Origin: Bacteriovoracaceae bacterium
Lineage (GTDB): Bacteria; Bdellovibrionota; Bacteriovoracia; Bacteriovoracales; Bacteriovoracaceae
Assembly: GCA_049599895.1 (NCBI GenBank)
Contig: JBMYPC010000046.1
Span: 1 to 22,231 of the forward strand
Direction of reading: 5' to 3'
Length of the DNA stretch: 22,231 nt
Shown piece by piece: positions 9,143 to 16,620 of this stretch. A program made the position numbers and the translations under genes. The notes below the pieces were generated by a model. It was not told the origin of the DNA. It ran no database searches and saw only the letters and a list, made by a program, of their open reading frames with translations. How positions within the stretch are numbered: the first letter of the stretch is position 1; each line of letters starts with the position of its first letter.

Positions 9143-9166
9143 CTAATTAATTGATTAAGATAGAAT
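9137..9166 (+). promoter_or_regulatory. Sigma70-type promoter for the sigma54 regulator gene
   Basis: TTGACA (9137-9142), 18-bp spacer, TAGAAT (9161-9166), about 50 bp upstream of ATG 9219. Confidence 0.65.
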
Positions 9167-9218
9167 AGATTCGCTGCAATGAGAATGCAGCGTTACTCAA
9201 AACTGGTGAAAGTAGAGT

Positions 9219-10736
9219 ATGAGGGACTATCATTTCTTAAGTAATACATTTGATTCGGACATTCTGCCGGCGATTGTTGTCGTTGAGGATGATGCAAGCT
9301 TTGCAAACCTCACAAAAATCTATTTTCAAAAATTCTTTAAATGTGATGTTTTTGTCTTTAGTTCACCTGAAGAATGTCTTCAGTTCTTAGGAGCTTCAGA
9401 GAGTTTTAGAGAAAACAGAAGCTTTTGTTTAGTTACAGATATTTCTTTTGAAGGGAATAGCTTTGATGGACTTCTTTTAATCGACTGGTTGAAAGAAAAA
9501 AACTTTAACTTCGTCAGCATTGTTATGACAGGTTTTGCTTCGATTGAAACAGCTATCAATGCAACTAAAAAAGGCGTTTTCCATTATCTTACGAAGCCAT
9601 TTGATCTCGAGGTTTTAAAGAACTTAGTAGTCGATGCATTTAGGAGTTTAGGGACAACTGATTTTTCACAGATCCTTACTCACGGACAAGAACTTCCCAA
9701 AAAATCAATTCAAACCACATCATATAAATTAGAAGAGCCAACTGAAGATGATCTGTTTTGCCAGATGATTGGTCGTAGTAAAAAGATGAGAGATGTTTTT
9801 GCAAGAATTCAAAAAGTTGCAAGCTCAAACTCAACAGTTCTCATTAATGGGCCCTCGGGAACAGGTAAAGAACTTATCGCTCAGGCAATTCATAGAGAAT
9901 CAGCAAGAAATCATGCACCAGTTGTTTCAATTAACTGTGGAGCGATTCCTTCAGACTTATTAGAAAGTGAACTTTTTGGTCACGAGAAAGGAGCTTTTAC
10001 AGGTGCTGTGAGTACACGTAAAGGACGGTTTGAGATCGCTGATCATGGAACACTTTTTCTCGATGAAATTGGAGATATGCCACTTCTTCTTCAAGTGAAG
10101 TTATTGCGTGTTCTTCAAAACCGAATGATTGAAAGAGTGGGTGGTAATGAAGCCCTACCTGTTGATGTTCGGATTATCGCGGCGACTCACAGAGACCTTG
10201 AGGCATCTGTCGTTAATGGTGATTTTAGAGAAGATCTTTTTTATCGCTTAAATGTAATTCCTATAACTGTTCCGGCTTTGAGAGAGAGAAAGGAAGATAT
10301 TCCGCTTCTCATCTCATACTTTCTTAAGAAGTACGCCAGTGCAGATGGCAGAAACAGAGTGAAGTTTGAAGATGATTCGCTTGAGGCTTTAATGAATTAT
10401 GCATGGCCTGGAAACGTAAGAGAGCTCGAAAACCTTGTTGAGAGATTAGTAATCCTTAAAGGTGGTCATTCTATTAAGCTTACGGACCTTCCTTCTAAGT
10501 TTATTGATGGAACGAAGTCTCCTGATTGTTATAGTGATCTTCTTGAACTACCTGAAGAGGGAATTGATCTCAAGCGGACTCTTTCTAATATTGAAGACAG
10601 TCTTATTAATCAAGCTTTAGAGAAAACTAAAGGCAATAAGAATCAGGCTTCTAAACTATTACAACTCAATCGAACAACTCTTATTGAGAAGATGAAGAAA
10701 AAGAATCTTGCTTTTCATGAGGGGCCTAATCTTTAA
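9219..10736 (+). CDS. Sigma54-dependent response regulator (REC-AAA+-Fis HTH), FleQ/FlrA-like
   Basis: Receiver motifs VVEDD, VTD, MTG, TKP; Walker A GPSGTGKE; ESELFGHEKGAFTGA; Walker B LFLDE; FREDLFYRLN; WPGNVRELEN. C-terminus LPEEGIDLK...QAL...RTTLIEKMKK resembles FleQ. Confidence 0.93.
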   Translation: MRDYHFLSNTFDSDILPAIVVVEDDASFANLTKIYFQKFFKCDVFVFSSPEECLQFLGASESFRENRSFCLVTDISFEGNSFDGLLLIDWLKEKNFNFVSIVMTGFASIETAINATKKGVFHYLTKPFDLEVLKNLVVDAFRSLGTTDFSQILTHGQELPKKSIQTTSYKLEEPTEDDLFCQMIGRSKKMRDVFARIQKVASSNSTVLINGPSGTGKELIAQAIHRESARNHAPVVSINCGAIPSDLLESELFGHEKGAFTGAVSTRKGRFEIADHGTLFLDEIGDMPLLLQVKLLRVLQNRMIERVGGNEALPVDVRIIAATHRDLEASVVNGDFREDLFYRLNVIPITVPALRERKEDIPLLISYFLKKYASADGRNRVKFEDDSLEALMNYAWPGNVRELENLVERLVILKGGHSIKLTDLPSKFIDGTKSPDCYSDLLELPEEGIDLKRTLSNIEDSLINQALEKTKGNKNQASKLLQLNRTTLIEKMKKKNLAFHEGPNL

Positions 10737-10793
10737 TTCATTCACATAATTCTTTGAACGCGAGTTGCCTGCGGCGCCTAAAACCTATCGGTT

Positions 10794-11615
10794 TTACTCT
10801 TTAGATTTAATCGCTTCTCGAACAAAGAACTTTAAAACTTGATTTCGTCTGGCACCACCGAGGATTGCCTTAAGGTCTTGATGAATGGAAGGATCGTAAA
10901 TAAGAGAGTGAAGACTCCCTGGTCCTTCTTTAATTTGAGTCGTGATCTTTTCAAGGTTTTCACTTGTTTTTTGAACCTTTGAAGAGGCTTCAGAGAAGCG
11001 TTTTACAGCGTCTTCTAGATTTGAATTATTGAATTTCTCTAGAGATTGATTCAGGTTAGAAGTAAGGGAGCTCATATTGCTCATAATATTATTAAGGTTC
11101 TCTTCTTTGACCGGATCGAGAATGGCATCGACTTTTTGTAGAACTCTTGTGGCCACAACGAGAATGTCTTCACCTTTATGAATGAATTGATCAAGTTGGC
11201 TTCCTTCTTTTGTGGTGATGAAATCACTGGTTTTTAAAGAAGGTGTGGCATCGGTACCTCCTGAGATCTCAACAAATTTGTCGCCGAGGATTCCCTGAGT
11301 TCTAATTGAGACAAAGCTATCTTTTTTGATCCACTGAGAGTATTTCGCGATAATTCCAAGAGTCACAGTAATCTCTTCAACTGAAGTAAAGCTGATATCC
11401 GAAACACTTCCAATTTTGACACCTTTCAGTTGGACGTGGGCACCAGGTTTTAGATTTTCAACTTTTGAAAACTTTGCTTTTATTTGAACTTTTGGTGCAA
11501 AAAGAGCGCTTTCTTTAGTGATGAAGAAAACACTAATACACATAATGATGCTTAAAGCTCCAACAAAAACTCCAGTAACGATCACTTTATTTTTATCACC
11601 TGGTTTCCTGAACAT
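10794..11615 (-). CDS. mlaD: MCE/MlaD family protein with C-terminal helical extension
   Basis: N-terminal TM helix; MCE domain (LKPGAHVQLKGVKIGSV, IRTQGILGDKFVEI); helical tail. Start moved to ATG 11615 (MFRKPGDK), which has a purine-rich RBS and overlaps the 3' end of mlaF. Confidence 0.88.
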   Translation of the reverse strand: MFRKPGDKNKVIVTGVFVGALSIIMCISVFFITKESALFAPKVQIKAKFSKVENLKPGAHVQLKGVKIGSVSDISFTSVEEITVTLGIIAKYSQWIKKDSFVSIRTQGILGDKFVEISGGTDATPSLKTSDFITTKEGSQLDQFIHKGEDILVVATRVLQKVDAILDPVKEENLNNIMSNMSSLTSNLNQSLEKFNNSNLEDAVKRFSEASSKVQKTSENLEKITTQIKEGPGSLHSLIYDPSIHQDLKAILGGARRNQVLKFFVREAIKSKE

Positions 11616-12351
11616 AGTTTCCTTCTTTTTGGATAAATGAATTGATAAATGGATCATCTGAATTTTTAAACTCTTCAGTTGTTCCGTTAAAGACGACCTT
11701 GCCTTCATTGATCATGACAATACGGTCACAAATTTCAAAAGCTGACGGTATATCATGAGTCACAAATATTGATGATTGGCCCATGGCCTTAAATCGTTTC
11801 ATCACTTTGACAATTCTTTGCGTGTTAATAGGATCGAGCCCTGCTGTTGGCTCATCATAAAGGATAATCTGAGGTTCAAGAATGAGGGACCTCGCCATTC
11901 CCACACGCTTTTGCATCCCTCCGGAGAGATCTGATGGCATTAAGGACTCACTATTTTCAAGATCGACAAAGTCTAGTGCTGTAATAACTTTTTTTACAAT
12001 TTCTTCATAGGGGAGATCGGTATGCTCATAGAGAGGATAGGCCAAATTATCAAAGACATTGAGTGAATCAAATAAGGCCCCGCTTTGAAAGCTATAAGAG
12101 ATTTGAGTTCTGACTTTAAAATAATCTTCTTCTTTTAAATCTTGAATTTCTTGATCTTGAAAAAGAACTTTCCCAGAGTCAATGAATTCAAGTCCGACAA
12201 TTGAACGTAGAAGAACTGACTTTCCGGTTCCTGAGCTTCCAAGTAATCCTAAGCTTTCACCTTTATGAAGTGAAAAGGAGATTCCTCGATGAACTTCTTT
12301 TTTTCCAAAGCTTTTTTTAATGTCCTGTATTTCAAGAATTTTCCCAGACAT
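11596..12351 (-). CDS. mlaF: MlaF/Mkl-type ABC transporter ATP-binding protein
   Basis: Walker A GSSGTGKS, FQSGALFDSLNV, signature LSGGMQKRV, Walker B ILYDEPTAGLDP, VTHD. Start at ATG 12351 (TAATG overlap with mlaE). Confidence 0.92.
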   Translation of the reverse strand: MSGKILEIQDIKKSFGKKEVHRGISFSLHKGESLGLLGSSGTGKSVLLRSIVGLEFIDSGKVLFQDQEIQDLKEEDYFKVRTQISYSFQSGALFDSLNVFDNLAYPLYEHTDLPYEEIVKKVITALDFVDLENSESLMPSDLSGGMQKRVGMARSLILEPQIILYDEPTAGLDPINTQRIVKVMKRFKAMGQSSIFVTHDIPSAFEICDRIVMINEGKVVFNGTTEEFKNSDDPFINSFIQKEGNYVQETR

Positions 12352-13136
12352 TATTTCGTCACCAATAGAACAAAGATTTTGCTGATAACAAAATCTGAGA
12401 TGAGAATAAGTATTGAACTTGTGACAACAACCCAAGTTGTTGCGTTACCAACTCCTCTTGTTCCATCTTTCGTATTTAGCCCTCTGTAGCAACCTACTAT
12501 AGAAATAATCGCTCCAAAAATACTGGCCTTAACGAGGCCGCTGACATAATCGTGGAATTTAACTGTTTCAAAGACTTTGTTGAAGTAAAAACCGTAAGGC
12601 ATTCCAAATTCATTCTGACAAACAAAAAGCCCTGCGATAATTGCCATGGCACAAGACAGAGCTGAGAGTAGAGGAAGAGAAATGACCGAAGCCCAGAACC
12701 TTGGGACGACAAGCATTCTTATAGGAGAAGTTCCTAAGGCGCGCATGGCATCGATTTGTTGGGTTACACTCATCGAGCCAATTTCAGCAGCAATTCCAGA
12801 ACCGACTCTTCCAGCGACAAGAAGCGATGTAAAGAGAGGGGCCATCTCCCGCGCGATAGAAAGGCTTACCATTGCTGGAACATACAGAGTTCCACCAAAC
12901 TTAGCGAGACCGTAGCCAAAGTTAAGAGTCATGACAAGACCCATTGCTACGCCGATGACGAAAGTGATGGAAAGGGATCCCACTCCAATTGAAATGATTT
13001 GTTCTAGTACTTTGATCGCATAAAAAGGTCGAGTGAAACTTGCTTTAATAAGTTCGATCACTAGTATAAAAAGATCTCCCGTTACAAAGAGATTCTTTTT
13101 GACTGAACTATAGAAGTTTTCAAGAATTTGTGTCAT
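12351..13136 (-). CDS. mlaE: MlaE family ABC transporter permease
   Basis: REMAPLFTSLLVAGRVGSGIAAEIGSM.VTQQIDAM..LG..P...LVVPR and G..GVG.ATT..VV motifs; multiple TM helices. Confidence 0.93.
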   Translation of the reverse strand: MTQILENFYSSVKKNLFVTGDLFILVIELIKASFTRPFYAIKVLEQIISIGVGSLSITFVIGVAMGLVMTLNFGYGLAKFGGTLYVPAMVSLSIAREMAPLFTSLLVAGRVGSGIAAEIGSMSVTQQIDAMRALGTSPIRMLVVPRFWASVISLPLLSALSCAMAIIAGLFVCQNEFGMPYGFYFNKVFETVKFHDYVSGLVKASIFGAIISIVGCYRGLNTKDGTRGVGNATTWVVVTSSILILISDFVISKIFVLLVTK

Positions 13137-13609
13137 TGAATCTTTGTTCCCAAAAGTATTTTTTCATACTCATTACGATAGCGATCAAAGAAGTGTTTTT
13201 GAGTACCTATAAGAATAAAATCATAAATGCATTCATGTTTTCTCACAGTCTCTATAATAAGGTGAGTTTTCACTCCATCTATTTCAGCCGTTGCTATAGT
13301 TCGTAGGCTTTTACGACCTTGAAGGCTTGTCTCTTCTTCACTGATAGTCTTTAAGTTATCAAAGCCAGATATAAGGTTTGTTTTGAGGTTCTTTAAAGGA
13401 GTTGATTCGTATCTTTTGCAAACAGAGTTGCTGACAAAGATTGTTTCGCCTCCAGGGCTCTTATAAGCATAATCAGCTTTATCTTCATCAATATCATCCC
13501 AGTCATCTGGGATGTAAGTGAACTTATAGCTATCGCTTTTGATGACGTCTGGGCTTGAGCTACAGCCGATTACGAATAGGAATAATAGGATGAAGTTGAG
13601 CAATCTCAT
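13133..13609 (-). CDS. Lipoprotein, possibly PsbP/DcrB-like fold
   Basis: Signal peptide II with lipobox VIG-C; ATGA overlap with mlaE. The F..P..W pattern and EETSLQGRKSLR segment are reminiscent of PsbP/DcrB proteins (fold call is an inference). Confidence 0.75.
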   Translation of the reverse strand: MRLLNFILLFLFVIGCSSSPDVIKSDSYKFTYIPDDWDDIDEDKADYAYKSPGGETIFVSNSVCKRYESTPLKNLKTNLISGFDNLKTISEEETSLQGRKSLRTIATAEIDGVKTHLIIETVRKHECIYDFILIGTQKHFFDRYRNEYEKILLGTKIQ

Positions 13610-13710
13610 CTGTTATCTTCTTTTAGCGCTTCTAACTTTTGGTTACATTCTGGCACATACAATTACATCTTTAACACTTAAGGTATTGTAATTTAGTACC
13701 CGAAAAATTT

Positions 13711-13724
13711 GTCAAAAAATTGAT
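13711..13724. promoter_or_regulatory. Putative FleQ-box-like binding site
   Basis: GTCAAAAAATTGAT, a 14-bp imperfect palindrome in the divergent intergenic region. Confidence 0.5.
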
Positions 13725-13835
13725 GGGGAAAGAAAGTTCTAGCTGCAATTTTTTCCTTTTTTTTTTCTCGATTCGATGTAGAATTAGCTTAGGGAATAGA
13801 TGTCTAGGATGGGATGTCGTAGTTCTCGAAAAAAC

Positions 13836-13857
13836 AAGTGTCAATTTTAAGACACTT
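13836..13857. promoter_or_regulatory. Putative FleQ-box-like binding site with extended inverted repeat
   Basis: AAGTGTC-aattttaa-GACACTT (7-bp arms); core GTCAATTTTAAGAC (reverse complement GTCTTAAAATTGAC); fits TGT-N10-ACA. Confidence 0.6.
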
Positions 13858-13886
13858 AACTTGGAAGAAACAGGAAGTATCTTTCT

Positions 13887-16577
13887 ATGTCAGTATGGTC
13901 AATGAGACGCTCTGTCAAAATATTTACTCTTCTCATTTCGCTGATGACTTTCAGTGGACTCCAAGCTTCAATCTTAAAGACTGAAAGAACTAAGCAATAC
14001 TTTAGAATCAAAGTGAACACTCAAAAAAGTTTTCTAAGAGTCTCTAGAGTAAAAGACAAAATCTTTCTCAAGACCCTTAATACTGAGCTTGCATCGAATC
14101 TTGAGCAAGATTTTAAAGCCCTTCAGTATGACCAAAAACTTATAAAGAGTATTAAGTCCTCTCAAGATGGAAACATTTTTGTTTTAGAGATTGCACTTTC
14201 TGATGCCGATATCGATTCATTTGATTTTTACCAAGAGCAAGAAAAGTACTTTGCAATAGATCTTTGGAGCAAGGCAATTGCTGATGATAAGGTCCTGGGG
14301 GCACAGCAAAAACCAGTAATTAAAGATGAGCCACTTGTTGCTAAGAAAAAAGTAAAGTCTGCTCCTCAAAAAGCACCTGTAAAAAAGAAAGTTCAAAAAG
14401 TTTCAAAAAATAAATCCCTTTTAAAGTCATCAAAGAGTGTTGTTAGAACAAAGAAAAAACTCAACTATTTAGACTTTAGATATGGTGCTGCTTTTGTGTG
14501 GGATTATGATCCTCTTCTTCCAGAGCATGAATCAGCGATTCTTCTTTCGAGAAAGACTCCTGAGTACTTCTATCCTATTAAAAACAGAGATTATGAAAAG
14601 TCTGAAGATGAGGCCCATCTTCAAATTGCTATTAACTTCTTCAGGGAGAAGAAGTTCGGACTTATGCATAAGTCGCTTGATATGTACGTTGAAAAGTATG
14701 GTGACAAGAAAAACTCTGAAATTATTGAATACATTCGAGCTATTGCAATTCTTAATGGGAATCTCAAAGCTGGTGAATTAAAGCCTGTTAAGGCAGCAAT
14801 TGTAATGCTTGAGAATGTTGGCAAAAAGACTAAAGACTACGAGCTTAAAAAAGCAACTTTTCGTTACCTTCAAACCTATTATGACCAAGAAGGAGACACT
14901 GTAACAGCTCTTGTATATGCAAAAAGACTTTATGTCGTTAGTAAAGAAAACTATGACTATGAGCAGAGCAAGTTAAGTGTTGAGAAAATCTTGAGCTACA
15001 TTGCGAAGCTAAATCAAATTGATCACTTAAAGAATTTAGCAGTTGATAAAACGATCTCAAAGCTTATCCAAGGGCAAAAGATTGATGCTTATAAGTCATA
15101 TGCTCTTCTTTCAACTAATAAAACGACTGAGCTTATCGATCTTTATAAGAGAAATAGAAAGTCATATGCAAAGCCTATACATGAAAGTCTTCTTTTTAAC
15201 ACAGCCGAAGCTCACTTCAGAGAAGGGCAGTACACACAAAGTATTAAGTTGTTTGATGAATTTTTAAAGCATTACTCATATCATGCTTTTTCAGAGCGAG
15301 CGCGTTTAAGAATCGCTCTTGCCTATGAGCTTTCAGGGAAAAATATCAAACAAACAATTAATCTTTATAAAAATGCAATCAATAGAGCAAGCCAACAGCT
15401 TGTTCAATATGAAGCGAAACTTCGTTATGTTGGTCTTAAGTATTTAAGAAAAGTTAAACCGACAAAGAGCGATAAGGAAGTTATCGTATTTCTTAACAGA
15501 AAGAGTACTGAGACTGAAAAGCTAAGCCCTGACCTCGAACAACTTCTTTGGCTTGTGCGTTTGAGAGCTTATGTAAAAGATCAGGACTATGACACGGCCT
15601 TAACCTATCTTAGAGCTCTTCCACTTAAAACAATTGCAAGAGTACGCGAAAGGGCCTTTATCGCAGATGGATCAGAGATTATCAGTGGATTTATTGAAAA
15701 GAAATTTAATGAAGGACGTGAGCATATTGTTGTTCGTCTTTGGGAAGTTTATGCAAAAGACTATATTCAAAAAGTCGCGCTTGATCCTTATTTAAATTAT
15801 ATTGTCGGAAAGTCATATTTAAGCCTCGGCTTTTTCGATTCTTTTGAAAAGCTTCATAATAACTTCTCAAAACTAGAGAATAATCCTCCGAAGACCTATC
15901 CCAATTGGAGAAATAAAGAACGTTCCATTGATGTTCGCTCTCTTGCTGTTGAGCTTAGGGTTCTTTTTCATATCAGAAAGAAAGAATGGTCTAAAGCGAA
16001 ACAAACGAATGAGACAAAATTTAAGTCGAATCCTAAGTTCACTCTGTATAAAGGGATTATTGATTATCATCTAGGAGAGTTTAAAAGTGCCTCTGACTCA
16101 CTTGATACGTTTGTAACCTCTGATAATGAAGTCAAACTTGCCGAAAATGAGCTTGCTTTATTTTATGAGGCTTACGCTGGATCTCTCTATGAGCTTAAAG
16201 ATGTTGAAAAGTATCAAAAGGTCACTAGGGCCATTCTGTCAGACACTAAAAATCTTTCAAAAGAAAAGAAAGTTTTGGGAAAAGTTCTCGAAAGAATCTA
16301 TTATCTATACCTAGAGAATCTGACTCGTAAGGGTTCAACAGAATCTTTCATGAGTCTCGAGGCTTCTTCAAAACAATACTTAGATTTATTCGATCAAAGT
16401 ATTTACTCACCCAAAGTGAAGTACCTACTAGGAATTGCTTATTCAAAAAATAAGAAAATTGATGATGCAAAGAAAGTTTTTGATGAACTTATCAATGCAC
16501 CGACGATATCAAAGAATATTAAGGAGCTAGCTAGAACTGAGCTAACATTAATAAATCTTAATAATAGAAGATTGTAA
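13887..16577 (+). CDS. Large exported tetratricopeptide-repeat protein heading the flagellar operon
   Basis: Signal peptide (KIFTLLISLMTFSGLQA-S); beta-rich N-domain; Lys-rich linker; TPR-like helices (FNTAEAHFREGQYTQSIKLFDEFLKHY; KYLLGIAYSKNKKIDDAKKVFDELI). Start may instead be ATG 13902. Confidence 0.8.
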   Translation: MSVWSMRRSVKIFTLLISLMTFSGLQASILKTERTKQYFRIKVNTQKSFLRVSRVKDKIFLKTLNTELASNLEQDFKALQYDQKLIKSIKSSQDGNIFVLEIALSDADIDSFDFYQEQEKYFAIDLWSKAIADDKVLGAQQKPVIKDEPLVAKKKVKSAPQKAPVKKKVQKVSKNKSLLKSSKSVVRTKKKLNYLDFRYGAAFVWDYDPLLPEHESAILLSRKTPEYFYPIKNRDYEKSEDEAHLQIAINFFREKKFGLMHKSLDMYVEKYGDKKNSEIIEYIRAIAILNGNLKAGELKPVKAAIVMLENVGKKTKDYELKKATFRYLQTYYDQEGDTVTALVYAKRLYVVSKENYDYEQSKLSVEKILSYIAKLNQIDHLKNLAVDKTISKLIQGQKIDAYKSYALLSTNKTTELIDLYKRNRKSYAKPIHESLLFNTAEAHFREGQYTQSIKLFDEFLKHYSYHAFSERARLRIALAYELSGKNIKQTINLYKNAINRASQQLVQYEAKLRYVGLKYLRKVKPTKSDKEVIVFLNRKSTETEKLSPDLEQLLWLVRLRAYVKDQDYDTALTYLRALPLKTIARVRERAFIADGSEIISGFIEKKFNEGREHIVVRLWEVYAKDYIQKVALDPYLNYIVGKSYLSLGFFDSFEKLHNNFSKLENNPPKTYPNWRNKERSIDVRSLAVELRVLFHIRKKEWSKAKQTNETKFKSNPKFTLYKGIIDYHLGEFKSASDSLDTFVTSDNEVKLAENELALFYEAYAGSLYELKDVEKYQKVTRAILSDTKNLSKEKKVLGKVLERIYYLYLENLTRKGSTESFMSLEASSKQYLDLFDQSIYSPKVKYLLGIAYSKNKKIDDAKKVFDELINAPTISKNIKELARTELTLINLNNRRL

Positions 16578-16620
16578 ATATTTCCCTTAGGAAGAGGGTG
16601 TAAAGATGACAGGAGGTCAA

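Noticed and set aside
10779..10796. Hairpin TAAAACC-tatc-GGTTTTA between convergent genes as a bidirectional terminator
   Set aside because: AT-rich weak stem overlapping the mlaD stop with no clear U-tract; not supportable as a terminator.
13720..13905. 61-aa ORF in the divergent intergenic region
   Set aside because: TTG start, runs through a poly-T tract and the putative operators, no protein-like features.
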